A stretch of DNA of 64,000 nucleotides, from assembly GCA_963702545.1 (NCBI GenBank), contig CAVPDB010000013.1, positions 90,118 through 154,117 of the forward strand. The letters run 5' to 3'. Position 1 is the first letter of the stretch. Every line of letters begins with the position of its first letter. A program made the position numbers and the translations under genes. Below, piece by piece: positions 1 to 9,761 of this stretch. The notes under the pieces are model-generated. The model made no database searches. It saw only the letters and a list, made by a program, of their open reading frames with translations, and was not told the origin of the DNA. Source of the DNA: an uncultured Acidobacteriota bacterium (lineage in GTDB: Bacteria; Acidobacteriota; Polarisedimenticolia; J045).

Positions 1-1
1 T

Positions 2-1666
2 CCCGCGCCGGCGCGCCGACCGTCCGCCCCGCCGCCGCCCGCCGCCTCGCCGCCCCGTCCGGCTCCGCAGCCGGAGGCGATCGTCGACCTCCTTGAAGCA
101 GCGGAGCTGCTTCCGGAGGAGGAGAAAAACCCGTTCGGCGACGGGGGCCCGCAGCCCGCTGCGACACGGGCTCCGGAAAGGGAGGCCGCGCTGCTGGCTC
201 AGCAGGCCCGTCGGCACCTGTTCCAGGGGGACCTCGCCCGCGCCACGGAGATGGCCTCGCGGGCGCTGGCCATGCACGAGGGGTGCGACGGCGCGCAGGA
301 GGTGCTGGAGGAGGCTCGCACCGAGGCGTCGCGCCGCGCGACGACCGCCGAGCGCCTGCTCTCCGACGCGATCTCCGCGATCGAGCGCGGGTCCGCCCCG
401 CAGGCGATTCCGATGCTGCAGCAGGTCCTTGGCCTGGCGCCCGAGCACCCCGAAGCGCTGGAGTGGCTCGCCCGGGCCCGCCAGTCGATCCAGGAAGGGC
501 GGAACACGCACGGTGCCGCCCCCGCGACCAGCCCGGCCCCGGGGTTCACGCCCACCTCGCTCGCGCCCCCGCGACCCGCCCCGACCGGTCCGATCGCCGG
601 TCCCACGGCCGCCCCGACCGCGGCGCCGACCCCCACCGAGCCGGGCGCCGACGCGCACCACGAGACGGGGTTCCAGTCGAACGCCACCCCCGAGCCGACC
701 GCTGCGACGACTTCGGCCCCCGGCAGCGCGGGCCGCTACGCCGCCGGCGTGGCCCGCGAGCGGGCGCCCGTCGACACGCCCCTCGCCGTCACGGCGGCGA
801 CCAAGCCGCCCCGCGCGCCCATCGCCGTTGCCGGGTCGGCCGCGGGCGACACCGCGGCCGCCGAACCCACCGCGCCTGAGCCGCCGGTCATGACTCCGCC
901 GCCGGTGCCGCGCCCGGCCAGCGCGCCCGCTGCGGCGCGCCCGCTCAAGGGGAAGGCCGCGAAGGCCGCGAAGGCCCCGCGGGGCCGCCGCCTCCTGCTG
1001 CCGCTCGCGGCGCTCGCCGTCCTCGCCCTGCTCGGGGGCGGGGGATGGTGGTTGGGCGACGCCCTCGGGTGGTGGGGCAGCGACGCCGGGTCGGCGCAGG
1101 CCGCCGACGATCTGGCCAAGACCCGGTCCAGGAAGGCGGCGCCCGCGCCCGCCGCTCCGCGTCTGACCAAGGCTGACGTGCCGCGGCTGCTGACCGAGGG
1201 GAAGCTCGCCGTCGCGCGCGGCGACGAGAAGACGGGCTTCGCGCTGATCCGCCAGGCCGCGCAACTCGACCCGGCGCACGCCGAGGCGAAGGCGCTCGCG
1301 GCCAAGGTCGAGCACGCGTCCGCCTCGCGGGCCGAGGCGGACGACCGGCACTCCCAGCTGGTCCGAAGCTACGGCGAACACGACTTCGCCTCGGTGCTGC
1401 GCATCCTCTATCGACTGCCGAAGGACGAGCAGCCCGCCGACTTCAACCGCGCGATCGCCAACGCGTCGTTCAACCTCGGGCTGCAGATGATGCGCGGCGG
1501 CGACCCGTACGGTGCGCGCGAGTACCTTAGGGACGCGCTCGAGCGCCGCTCCGGCGACGCCGAAACCAAGCGCCTGCTCGAGCTTGCGAAGCAGTACCGC
1601 AACCGGGAGCGGGACGACGTCTACTTCAAGGCGCTGGCGGAGATGCAGTTCCGGCCGCTGGAGTGA
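2..1666 (+). CDS. TPR-like, Pro/Ala-rich single-pass membrane protein (5' end probably outside the window)
   Basis: The frame is open from base 2, with no stop before the first ATG at 251. The upstream translation already reads as TPR-like helices (AALLAQQARRHLFQGDLARATEMASRALAM). The middle is a P/A/T-rich low-complexity linker, followed by one hydrophobic helix (LLLPLAALAVLALLGGGGWWL) and C-terminal TPR-like helices. Stop at 1664-1666. Confidence 0.6.
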   Translation, partial: PAPARRPSAPPPPAASPPRPAPQPEAIVDLLEAAELLPEEEKNPFGDGGPQPAATRAPEREAALLAQQARRHLFQGDLARATEMASRALAMHEGCDGAQEVLEEARTEASRRATTAERLLSDAISAIERGSAPQAIPMLQQVLGLAPEHPEALEWLARARQSIQEGRNTHGAAPATSPAPGFTPTSLAPPRPAPTGPIAGPTAAPTAAPTPTEPGADAHHETGFQSNATPEPTAATTSAPGSAGRYAAGVARERAPVDTPLAVTAATKPPRAPIAVAGSAAGDTAAAEPTAPEPPVMTPPPVPRPASAPAAARPLKGKAAKAAKAPRGRRLLLPLAALAVLALLGGGGWWLGDALGWWGSDAGSAQAADDLAKTRSRKAAPAPAAPRLTKADVPRLLTEGKLAVARGDEKTGFALIRQAAQLDPAHAEAKALAAKVEHASASRAEADDRHSQLVRSYGEHDFASVLRILYRLPKDEQPADFNRAIANASFNLGLQMMRGGDPYGAREYLRDALERRSGDAETKRLLELAKQYRNRERDDVYFKALAEMQFRPLE

Positions 1667-1676
1667 CGCGGCGTGC

Positions 1677-1699
1677 CGGCCGGGCTTCCGGCCCGGCCG
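1677..1699. terminator. GC-rich hairpin in the 39-bp gap between convergent genes
   Basis: CGGCCGGGC (1677-1685), loop TTCCG, GCCCGGCCG (1691-1699): a 9-bp perfect stem. There is no U-tract on either strand, so a terminator role is inferred from position only. Confidence 0.35.
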
Positions 1700-1705
1700 C
1701 GCGCC

Positions 1706-3301
1706 TCAATGCCGGAAGTGCCGGCGGCCGGTGAAGAGCATCGCCAGCCCCAGCCGGTCGACGGCCGCCACGACCTCCTCGTCGCGGATGCTGCCGCCGG
1801 GCTGGATCACCGCGGTCACGCCCGCCCGCGCCGCTTCCTCGACGCCGTCGGGGAACGGGAAGAAGGCGTCCGAGGCCATCACCGAGCCGCGCGCCTCCTC
1901 GCCCGCCTTGACGACCGCGATCCGCACCGAGTCGACGCGGCTCATCTGTCCGGCTCCGATGCCGACCGTGCGGTTGTCCTTCGCCAGGACGATCGCGTTG
2001 GAGCGGACGTGGCGGCAGATCCGCCAGGCGAACCGCAGCGCCGCCCACTCCTCTTCGGTCGGGGCGCGGCGCGCGGCGATCTTCACCTCGTCGAGGCTGT
2101 CGTCGGAGTCCCACTCCTGGAGCAGGTAGCCCCCCGAGACGCGGCGTACGTCGAGGCCGGGCCGGCCCGCCCGGGCAGCGCCCAGCTCGAGCACGCGCAG
2201 CTTCTTCTTCTTTCGCAACGCCTCGCGCGCCTCGGCTGTGTAGCCGGGGGCGATCACGCCCTCGAAGAAGGTCTCGCCCAGCGCCAGCGCGGCGTCCTCG
2301 TCGACCGTCCGGTTGAAGGCGACGACTCCGCCGTAGGCGCTGACGGGGTCGGCATCGCGCGCCAGCCGGAAGGCCTCCGCCGCATCTTCGCCCACGGCCG
2401 CGCCCGACGGGTTGCTGTGCTTGACGACCACGCAGCCCGGCCCGTCGAGCGACGAGACCGCGGCGAAGGCGGCGTCGAAATCGAGCAGGTTGTTGAACGA
2501 CAGCTCCGAGCCGTGGAGCTGCGCCGCGTGCGCGAGCGTTGCGCCGTTCCCCTGGACCTCCGCGTAGAAGGCGGCCTTCTGGTGCGGGTTCTCGCCGTAG
2601 CGAAGGTCCTGGATCTTGTCGACCGTCAGGCTGATCTTCTGCGGGAACGGCGAGTCGGCCGCCCGGCGCGTGCCGTCGGGCGCGAGCTGCGCCATGAAGG
2701 TGTAGACGGCGCTGTCGTACGAGGCGGTGTGCTGGAAGGCCTTGCGGGAGAGCGCCAGCCGCGTCGCGTCGGACAGGCCGCCGTGCTCGCGGACCTCGTC
2801 CACCACCGGGCCGTAGTCCGCCGGGTCGACGACGACGCCGACGTCACGGAAGTTCTTGGCCGCGGCGCGGACCATCGTCGGGCCGCCGATGTCGATCATC
2901 TCGATGATCTCGCCCAGCCCGATCCCCTCCATCCGGGCGGTCATCTCGAACGGGTAGAGGTTGGCCACGACGAGGTCGATCGGCTCCGCCCCGAAGGCCG
3001 CGAGGTCTTTCTGGTGCCGCGGGTTGTCGCGCACCGCCAGGATCCCGGCGTGGACCTTGGGGTGCAGCGTCTTGACCCGGCCGTCGAGCATCTCGGGCGT
3101 GCCCGTGACTTCCGAGATCCGACGGATCGGCAGGCCGGCCTCGAGCAGCATCCGAGCCGTCCCCCCGGTCGAGAGGACCTCGATCCCCGCGTCGTGCAGG
3201 GCGCGGGCGAGGTCGACGACGCCGTACTTGTCGTAGACCGAGATCAGCGCGCGGCGGACGGGGGTGCGGCGGACTGGGGCGGCGCCGGACGGGGTATTCA
3301 T
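1706..3301 (-). CDS. purH: bifunctional AICAR transformylase / IMP cyclohydrolase
   Basis: 531-aa ORF. The N-terminal MGS-like cyclohydrolase region (ALISVYDKYGVVDLARAL, LSTGGTARML, KTLHPKVHAGILA) and the C-terminal AICARFT region (GGSIRDEEVVAAVDRLGLAMLFTGRRHFRH) are typical of PurH. Confidence 0.95.
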   Translation of the reverse strand: MNTPSGAAPVRRTPVRRALISVYDKYGVVDLARALHDAGIEVLSTGGTARMLLEAGLPIRRISEVTGTPEMLDGRVKTLHPKVHAGILAVRDNPRHQKDLAAFGAEPIDLVVANLYPFEMTARMEGIGLGEIIEMIDIGGPTMVRAAAKNFRDVGVVVDPADYGPVVDEVREHGGLSDATRLALSRKAFQHTASYDSAVYTFMAQLAPDGTRRAADSPFPQKISLTVDKIQDLRYGENPHQKAAFYAEVQGNGATLAHAAQLHGSELSFNNLLDFDAAFAAVSSLDGPGCVVVKHSNPSGAAVGEDAAEAFRLARDADPVSAYGGVVAFNRTVDEDAALALGETFFEGVIAPGYTAEAREALRKKKKLRVLELGAARAGRPGLDVRRVSGGYLLQEWDSDDSLDEVKIAARRAPTEEEWAALRFAWRICRHVRSNAIVLAKDNRTVGIGAGQMSRVDSVRIAVVKAGEEARGSVMASDAFFPFPDGVEEAARAGVTAVIQPGGSIRDEEVVAAVDRLGLAMLFTGRRHFRH

Positions 3302-4116
3302 CGGGCTGACTCCTGGCGGCTGGGGGAGGGAGGGCCGCCGGACAGGCGTGAGAACGGATTATGGACGAGTCCGGGGTCGAGATGGGGGGTGCCGGCCAGG
3401 TCGCCGTGGGCGCGCCACCAGGCGTAGAGCCAGGACTTGGCGGTCGAGCCCAGGGCCAGCGAGGCCTCCAGCGAGGCCGAGGCGAAGGCGATCGACCGCT
3501 CGTCAAAATCCTGCGCGCTGCGCTGGCGCCCCTCCGGGTAGTAGCTGCGGGCGATCGCGTCCGCGTCGCGCCGGGCCGCTGCCGCGGTGCGCCGCGCGAA
3601 CGCGGGCAGGTCGCGCTTCGCGAGGTCGTCGTCGGCCCAGCCGGGGAAGGTCAGACGCGCCTTGGGGAGCACCTTCTCGACGTAGAGCGCGAACTCCCGG
3701 TAGTACGACGCCTCGCGCGGGTCGTCCGGGCCGGAGTTGAGCGCGAACGAGAGGTCGGCCGCCGCATGCGCCACCCGGCCGAGCGCCTGCGCGACATCCG
3801 CCATCCGCTCGCGGCGGTCGATCATCGCCACCGTCTCGTCGATCGCCGCGGCGAGCCGGGCCTCGGCGTCGCCTGGCGCAGCCCCGTGAGCGCCGGTCCC
3901 GTTGCACTGCTCCATCCCCTCGAGCGCCCCCTGCAGCAGCCGCTGCTGGTGCTTGCGGAGTTGCCGCGCCAGGGACGGGGGCATCAGCGAGATCGCGCGC
4001 TTGACCAGTTCGCTCCGGGTCGCCGGCGAGAAAGCGGCCGCCGGGGGCGGCGCCAGCAGGGCCAGGGACAGCGCGGCGGCCATCACGGCGAGGGCAGGGC
4101 GGCGGCAGGGGGGCAT
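3298..4116 (-). CDS. hypothetical secreted protein
   Basis: 272-aa ORF with a signal-peptide-like N-terminus (ALAVMAAALSLALLAPPPAAA). It overlaps the purH start by 4 bp, and GGAG lies 8 nt upstream of the ATG. I recognise no family. Confidence 0.55.
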   Translation of the reverse strand: MPPCRRPALAVMAAALSLALLAPPPAAAFSPATRSELVKRAISLMPPSLARQLRKHQQRLLQGALEGMEQCNGTGAHGAAPGDAEARLAAAIDETVAMIDRRERMADVAQALGRVAHAAADLSFALNSGPDDPREASYYREFALYVEKVLPKARLTFPGWADDDLAKRDLPAFARRTAAAARRDADAIARSYYPEGRQRSAQDFDERSIAFASASLEASLALGSTAKSWLYAWWRAHGDLAGTPHLDPGLVHNPFSRLSGGPPSPSRQESAR

Positions 4117-4140
4117 GGGTGCTCCGGAGGCGGGAATTCT

Positions 4141-4263
4141 AATCGGAGACAGCTACCGTAAGTCAGTAAGCCGCGATTTCCCCAGTTTCTTCGGCTTACC
4201 GACTTACGGCAGCTGTCCCCGATTTCCCGGCTTACCGACTTACGGTAGCTGTCCCCGATTCCC
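4141..4263. repeat. composite palindromic repeat: one inverted plus two tandem copies of a 33-36-bp unit
   Basis: Unit CGGCTTACCGACTTACGG[C/T]AGCTGTCCCCGATT[T]CC occurs at 4192-4227 and 4228-4263 (34/36 identical, head to tail). An inverted copy lies at 4141-4173 (31/33 identical after reverse complement), separated by an 18-nt spacer. The repeat fills the gap between two minus-strand genes and abuts the TAG stop at 4263-4265. Confidence 0.85.
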
Positions 4264-5009
4264 TAGCGCACCGGCTCGACCTGGGAGCGGGCCGAGTTCG
4301 CGCCGGTGAAGACGCGCATCAGGTCGTCGAGCAGCGCCGACGGCGCGTCGCCCGCCGCAAGCCGGTCGTGGAAGCGCTGCAGCCCCTCGAAGAGCAGGAT
4401 CTGCGAGCCGGCGAAGATGTCGGCGGGGTGGTCGGGGAAGACGCTCACGCGGAAGACCGGCAGGTCGTTGAAGGTGGCGATCACGTAGCCGGGCCCGCTG
4501 CGCCAGCCAACCAGCTCCGCCCCGCCCGCCGGGAGCGTGACGCTGAACGAGGGCCGGCCCAGGCAGCGGCGCATCGCCTCGCGAGCCTCGTCCGCGCCGG
4601 CCGGGGACTCGAGCAGGAACGTGGCCTCGACCAGCTTCTCGCCGTCGTGAAAGAAGAAATCGCCGTCCAGCACGGGCAGGCCCGCCGGGCCCCGGAACGA
4701 GGCCGCGCCCAGCGCGTCGGCCGCGGTCATCCCGAGGTGGACGTAGCGCTCGCGGTGGGAGCGCAGCTCGCCGCGCACCTCGGCCGCCGTGACGCGCGCG
4801 ACCTGGGACATCGAGGCGCCGAGTTCGAGGTGGAACGGCACCAGCGGGTCGCGAGCAGCTTCGGGGAGGCGCGCGCCGGCAACGGTAAGATCGGTCAGCG
4901 GCGAACGGGGGACGGGGGAGGTCGTCCCGGCAGCGGCTGCGCCGGTGGCAAGCGCCCCCGCCACGGCCAGGGCGATCGACCTGCGGACCCGCGCGCTCGC
5001 TGCGTGCAT
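4263..5009 (-). CDS. hypothetical secreted protein
   Basis: The only plausible part of the 441-aa ORF begins at the ATG at 5009 (MHAASARVRRSIALAVAGALATGAAAAG, signal-like). The upstream 190 codons are Arg/Pro junk typical of out-of-frame GC-rich sequence. No family recognised. Confidence 0.5.
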   Translation of the reverse strand: MHAASARVRRSIALAVAGALATGAAAAGTTSPVPRSPLTDLTVAGARLPEAARDPLVPFHLELGASMSQVARVTAAEVRGELRSHRERYVHLGMTAADALGAASFRGPAGLPVLDGDFFFHDGEKLVEATFLLESPAGADEAREAMRRCLGRPSFSVTLPAGGAELVGWRSGPGYVIATFNDLPVFRVSVFPDHPADIFAGSQILLFEGLQRFHDRLAAGDAPSALLDDLMRVFTGANSARSQVEPVR

Positions 5010-5194
5010 CCCGGCCTCCTTGCGGCGGTCTCCCCGATCGCCGACCGGCCCCCGCAAGCTACGGGCAATCGTCCGGAGCGCAACGCGCAAATCCCGCGCC
5101 GGCCGCGCGGAAACGCGCCGGACGGCCGCGAACGGCGGCGTCCGACTTGGTCCCGGCGCCGGGACGCGGCACAATCCCCGGCGAAGGAGCCGCA

Positions 5195-6223
5195 ATGAAC
5201 GCCCGCCCCCCGCGCCGCCTCCCGCCCCTCCCGCTCGCGCTCGTCGCCGCCCTGCTCGGCGGACTCGCCGCGCCCTGCGCGGCCGAGGTGCCGGACGGCA
5301 CGGCCGCCGCCGCGGCGCCGGGCACGCCCGGACGGATCGCGGTCTCGCTGCTGGACCGCGCCGAGGTCGTCTTCCTGGACACCGGCGGCCAGATCGTCGG
5401 GCGCGCGCCGACCGCGCACGGGCCGCGCGGGCTGGCGCTGCACGGCGGCCGCCTCTACGCCGCGGCCCGCGGGGTCGAAGACATCCCCGGCTCGACGATC
5501 GCCGAGATCGACGCGGTGCGGATGCTGAAGCTGCGCGACATCTCGGCCTGCGCGCGCTGCGCCCCGCGCGCGCTGGCCTTCGACGCAAACGGAACGATGT
5601 GGCTCAGCGCGCAGGCGCACAACGCGGTCTACATCATGCGCCCGCCCTACGACGCGCCGCTGGGCTCGATCGTCGTGGCCTGGGGCTGGCCGACGCAGAT
5701 CGTCGCGCTGGCCGGGCGCGAGGCCGTCGCGGTCGCGTTCCGGGGCACCGCCAGTGCGGGGGTGCTCGACACGAAGCACGCGACGCCGGTCGAGCTGGGC
5801 CCGACGCCGGAAGTGGTGGCGGCGCGGCCCGGCAGCGCCGAGGCGTGGTTCGCGCTCAACCCCGCCGGCCAGCTGGCCGTGGTCACGCTGCCCGAGGGTG
5901 GGACGCCGGCGGCCGAGCGCTTCGGGAAGGTCCCGTTCCCGCAGGGGATCGCGTTCACGCCCGACGGCCGCCGGGCGCTCGTGACCAGCGGCGGCGCGAA
6001 GGCGCTGCTCGTCTTCGACGCCGCGACCCGCGCCGAGGGCGGCCGACTTGTCTTCGAGTCCGCGCCGCGCGAGGTCGCGGCCAGCCCGGACGGGACCCGC
6101 GCCGCGCTCTACTTCCCGGAAACCAAGCGGATCGCGGTCGTGCGGCTCGACGGGCCGGCGCCGGTCCGCGAGAACGAGTTCGTGCTGTCCGGCACGCCCG
6201 GCGACCTGCTCTGGATTCCCTGA
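5195..6223 (+). CDS. secreted YVTN/YncE-like beta-propeller repeat protein
   Basis: The ATG at 5195 is preceded by GAAGGAG. There is a signal peptide (LPLALVAALLGGLAAPCAA). Repeated motifs of the form GIAFTPDGRRALVTSGG.. / EVAASPDGTRAALYF are typical of YVTN-type propeller blades. Confidence 0.55.
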   Translation: MNARPPRRLPPLPLALVAALLGGLAAPCAAEVPDGTAAAAAPGTPGRIAVSLLDRAEVVFLDTGGQIVGRAPTAHGPRGLALHGGRLYAAARGVEDIPGSTIAEIDAVRMLKLRDISACARCAPRALAFDANGTMWLSAQAHNAVYIMRPPYDAPLGSIVVAWGWPTQIVALAGREAVAVAFRGTASAGVLDTKHATPVELGPTPEVVAARPGSAEAWFALNPAGQLAVVTLPEGGTPAAERFGKVPFPQGIAFTPDGRRALVTSGGAKALLVFDAATRAEGGRLVFESAPREVAASPDGTRAALYFPETKRIAVVRLDGPAPVRENEFVLSGTPGDLLWIP

Positions 6224-6273
6224 ACGGGGCCTCCCGCCCGCTGCGACGCCACGCCCCCGGAGGTGCTCCTCCC

Positions 6274-7743
6274 ATGTGCGGATTCCTCGGGATCATCGGA
6301 ACCGAAGACCCGGTGCGCGAGGTCCACGACGGACTGCTCGCGATCCAGCACCGCGGGCAGGACGCCGCCGGGATCGTGACCTGGAACGGCCGGTTCCACC
6401 TGCGCAAGGCGATGGGCCTGGTGCGCGACGTCTTCACGCCCGAGACGATGGCCGGCGTCGGCGGCGAGTATGCGATCGGCCACGTGCGCTATCCCACCGT
6501 GGGGGCCGGCGGCGTGGAGGACGCGCAACCGTTCGTCGCCACGCACCCCTTCGGGATCGCGATGGCGCACAACGGCAACGTCGCCAACTACGCCGACCTG
6601 AAGCACCACCTGCAGCAGCGGGTCCGGCGCCAGCTGCTCTCGAGCTGCGACGTCGAGGTGATCCTCTCGGTCTTCGCCGACGCGCTGGCGCGGCAGAGCG
6701 CGGGGGGCGCGTTCTCGACCGAGGTCTACTGGGCGGCCGTGGCCGAGGTCTTCGCCCAGGTCAAGGGGGCCTACTCGGTCGTCGGCTTCATCGCCGGGGA
6801 GGGGCTCTTCGCCTTCCGCGATCCCTACGGGATCAAGCCGATCTGCTTCGGGCGCCGCGTCCGGCCCGACGGCCGGACGGTCTATGCCGTGGCCTCCGAG
6901 AGCGTCGTGCTCGAGACGCTGGGCTACGAGATCGAGCACCGGCCGCGCGCCGGCGAGGCGGTCTTCGTGCGCCCCGACGGCGAGGTGCTGATCGAGCGGG
7001 TCGCCCCGGTCGCGACCTTCCGCCCCTGCATCTTCGAGCACGTCTACTTCGCCCGGCCCGACAGCACGCTCGACGGGGTCTCGGTCTACCGCGCCCGCGA
7101 GCGGATGGGGCGCGCACTCGCGGACAAGGCGCGGCGGCTGGGGATCACGGCCGACATCGTCGTCCCCGTGCCGGAATCGTCCCGTTCGGCGGCGCTGGAG
7201 ATGGCGCGGGCGCTGGAGCTGCCGTTCCGCGAGGCGTTGGTCAAGAACCGCTACGTGGGCCGGACCTTCATCATGCCCGGCGACGCGGCCCGCCGGCGCT
7301 CGGTGCGGCACAAGCTCAACGTGATCGGGTCCGAGGTGCGCGGCCGCGCCGTGCTGCTGGTCGACGATTCGATCGTGCGCGGCACGACCGCGCGGCAGAT
7401 CATCGAGATGGTCCGCGAGGCGGGCGCGAAGCGGGTGATCCTGGCCTCGACCGCGCCGCCGCTCCTGCACCCGTGCGTCTACGGGATCGACATGTCGACC
7501 CGCAGAGAGTTCGTGGCGCGGGGCCGGACGGTCGAGCAGGTGGCGGAGTTGCTGGGGGCGGACGCGGTGATCTACCAGGAGCTGGACGAGCTCGTCCGCT
7601 CGGTGCGTTCGGAGTCGCCCGAGCCGCTCGACGACACCTGCCACGCCTGCTTCTCCGGCCTCTACCCGACCGGCGACATCGACGAGCGCGAGCTGCTCCA
7701 GGTCGAGGAGGAGCGGCTGACGGCGAATCCGGAGGGAGCCTGA
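6274..7743 (+). CDS. purF: amidophosphoribosyltransferase
   Basis: Starts MCGFLGIIG (N-terminal Cys nucleophile of class II glutamine amidotransferases). PRPP-binding loop VLLVDDSIVRGTTARQIIEMVREAG. The long 984-aa ORF upstream of this Met is non-coding-looking. Confidence 0.95.
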   Translation: MCGFLGIIGTEDPVREVHDGLLAIQHRGQDAAGIVTWNGRFHLRKAMGLVRDVFTPETMAGVGGEYAIGHVRYPTVGAGGVEDAQPFVATHPFGIAMAHNGNVANYADLKHHLQQRVRRQLLSSCDVEVILSVFADALARQSAGGAFSTEVYWAAVAEVFAQVKGAYSVVGFIAGEGLFAFRDPYGIKPICFGRRVRPDGRTVYAVASESVVLETLGYEIEHRPRAGEAVFVRPDGEVLIERVAPVATFRPCIFEHVYFARPDSTLDGVSVYRARERMGRALADKARRLGITADIVVPVPESSRSAALEMARALELPFREALVKNRYVGRTFIMPGDAARRRSVRHKLNVIGSEVRGRAVLLVDDSIVRGTTARQIIEMVREAGAKRVILASTAPPLLHPCVYGIDMSTRREFVARGRTVEQVAELLGADAVIYQELDELVRSVRSESPEPLDDTCHACFSGLYPTGDIDERELLQVEEERLTANPEGA

Positions 7744-7928
7744 CCCGCTGCCGCCGCGCGGTTAGCCCCTCGCCCCCCCGATCCGTCCCTCCGATTCGCC
7801 GTTCCGGCCGGCTTATCGAGAAAAATAGGCGTGTTTCCGTTGAACCCCGCTCCCTCCCGGGAGTACGGTTTCCCTGCAGAGGAGTCAACCGGCCGACCGG
7901 GGGGCAGTTCGGGCAGGGAGGAGGGTCC

Positions 7929-8357
7929 ATGCCGGAACTGGTATTCGACGAGGTTCTCGAGCAGGCCGGGTTCCGGCCCACTCGACAAAGACGGGCCGTC
8001 TACGAGCACCTCGAGGCGATGCACGGTCATCCCACCGCGGAGGACGTCTTCCACGCGGTGCGGATCGAGTTGCCGCGGATCAGCCTGGCGACCGTGTACA
8101 AGGCGCTCGACTCGCTCGTGGAGTCGGGCGTGGCGCAGAAGATGAGCGGCGCCGACGGGACGGCGCACTTCGAGTCCCGCGTCGACGAGCACTTCCACGC
8201 CCGCTGCCGCGCGTGCAACCGAATCGTCGACGTCGAGGCGCTGCCCGAGTTCCACCGCTGCGTCGACAAGATCCGCACCGCGGGCTTCACGATCGAGCGG
8301 GCCCGGCTCGAGCTGACCGGGGTCTGCGAAGTCTGCGCGCGTCAGCACCACAACTGA
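7929..8357 (+). CDS. Fur-family metalloregulator (Fur/Zur/PerR type, subfamily not assignable)
   Basis: 142 aa. Winged-helix N-terminus (RPTRQRRAVYEHLEAMHGHPTAEDVFHAV..ISLATVYKALDSLVESG) and two CxxC pairs (CRACN, CEVCA), as in Fur-family proteins. Confidence 0.85.
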   Translation: MPELVFDEVLEQAGFRPTRQRRAVYEHLEAMHGHPTAEDVFHAVRIELPRISLATVYKALDSLVESGVAQKMSGADGTAHFESRVDEHFHARCRACNRIVDVEALPEFHRCVDKIRTAGFTIERARLELTGVCEVCARQHHN

Positions 8358-8477
8358 CGCGGCGCCGCGCGTCGCGCCGGGGCGTCCCGGGCCGGCCTGG
8401 CGCCGGCGGGTGCGGCTGTTTCGGGTGACCCGCGCAACCGATCCGGGTTAAAGTCCCCGCCTCCCGGGAGGCGAAGG

Positions 8478-9761
8478 GTGGCGCAGCCGCTGCACGTCCG
8501 GATGCTCGTCGGCGCCGCCGCCGGCCTTGCGCTGGGGGTGGCCGCGCACCTGCTGCTCGACGGCACCCCGTTCCTCGACGCCGCGATCCGCTTCGTCGCC
8601 CAGCCGGTCGGCCAGGTCTTCCTGCGGCTGCTCTTCATGCTGGTCCTGCCGCTCGTCTTTTCGTCGCTGGTGCTCGGCGTGACGGAGCTGGGGGACGTGC
8701 GGCGCGTCGGTCGGGTCGGCCTCAGGACGCTGGCCGTGACGGTCGTGGCCTCGACGATCGCGGTCGGGATCGGGGTCACGCTGGTCAACCTGCTGCGGCC
8801 CGGCGCGGGGCTGCCCCCCGAGACGCGGGCCCGCCTGCTGGAGGGGGCGGCCGAGCGCAGCGGCGCGCTGCCCGCCGTGACGGGCGCGCGCGGCGGGATC
8901 GACCTGCTCGTGCAGATGGTCCCGGACAACCCGCTCCGCGCCGCCGCCAACGGCGACATGCTGGCGGTGATGGTCTTCGCGCTGCTGTTCGGGATCGGCC
9001 TGTCGACGGTCCGGACCGAGGGGGCGCGCCGGCTGCTGGAGGTGATCCAGGGGCTCTACGACGTCACGATGCGGCTGATCGGCTGGGTGATCCGGCTGGC
9101 GCCCTACGGCGTGGCCGCGCTGCTGTTCGTGCTGGCAGCGCAGCTGGGCTACTCGGTGCTGGGGCAGTTGGCGCGCTACGTCGGCGTGGTCCTGCTGGCG
9201 CTCGGGCTGCAGCTCGTGGTGGTCTACTCGCTGCTGGTCCGGTTCGGCGGCGGGATGAGCCCGCGCGCCTTCTTCCGGGGGAGCGAGGAGGCGATGCTGA
9301 CCGCCTTCTCGACCGCCTCCAGCAACGCCACCCTGCCGACCGCGCTGCGCGTCGCCGAGACGGAACTGGGGCTCCCGCCGCGAATCAGCCGCTTCGTCCT
9401 GACGATCGGGTCGACGGCCAACCAGAACGGCACCGCGCTGTTCGAGGGGGTCACCGTCCTGTTCCTGGCGCAGTTCTACGGCGTCGAGCTGACGCTGGCG
9501 CAGCAGGTCCTGGTCAGCTTCGTGGCGATTCTGGGTGGGATCGGGACCGCGGGGGTGCCGGCCGGCTCGCTGCCGGTGGTGGCGATGATCCTGGGGATGG
9601 TCGGCATCCCGCCCGAGGGGATCGGCGTGATCCTGGGGGTCGATCGCTTCCTCGACATGTGCCGCACCACCGTCAACGTGACGGGGGATCTCGCCGTGGC
9701 GGTGGTGGTGGCGCGCGGCGAGCCGCGCGAGCCGGCGGCCGCGGTGCGGCCGGGCGCGTGA
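8478..9761 (+). CDS. dicarboxylate/amino acid:cation symporter (DAACS/GltP family)
   Basis: 427 aa, GTG start after GGGAGG. Family motifs SSNATLPTAL, NQNGTALFEG, GTAGVPAGSL and DRFLDMCRTTVNVTGD. Confidence 0.9.
   Translation: MAQPLHVRMLVGAAAGLALGVAAHLLLDGTPFLDAAIRFVAQPVGQVFLRLLFMLVLPLVFSSLVLGVTELGDVRRVGRVGLRTLAVTVVASTIAVGIGVTLVNLLRPGAGLPPETRARLLEGAAERSGALPAVTGARGGIDLLVQMVPDNPLRAAANGDMLAVMVFALLFGIGLSTVRTEGARRLLEVIQGLYDVTMRLIGWVIRLAPYGVAALLFVLAAQLGYSVLGQLARYVGVVLLALGLQLVVVYSLLVRFGGGMSPRAFFRGSEEAMLTAFSTASSNATLPTALRVAETELGLPPRISRFVLTIGSTANQNGTALFEGVTVLFLAQFYGVELTLAQQVLVSFVAILGGIGTAGVPAGSLPVVAMILGMVGIPPEGIGVILGVDRFLDMCRTTVNVTGDLAVAVVVARGEPREPAAAVRPGA

Noticed and set aside
93-893. Pro/Arg-rich ORFs in the first kilobase (93-893, 283-879, 199-687) and a 9-bp AAGGCCGCG triplet at about 950-980.
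   Set aside because: The ORFs are alternative frames of the P/A-rich linker of the TPR-like protein. The triplet simply encodes KAAKAAKA within that low-complexity region.
4789-7743. A 984-aa version of purF, and a 769-aa ORF (6048-8357) ending in the Fur-family protein.
   Set aside because: PurF must begin with the Met-Cys nucleophile at 6274, and the Fur-like domain begins at 7929. The upstream parts are non-coding-looking.
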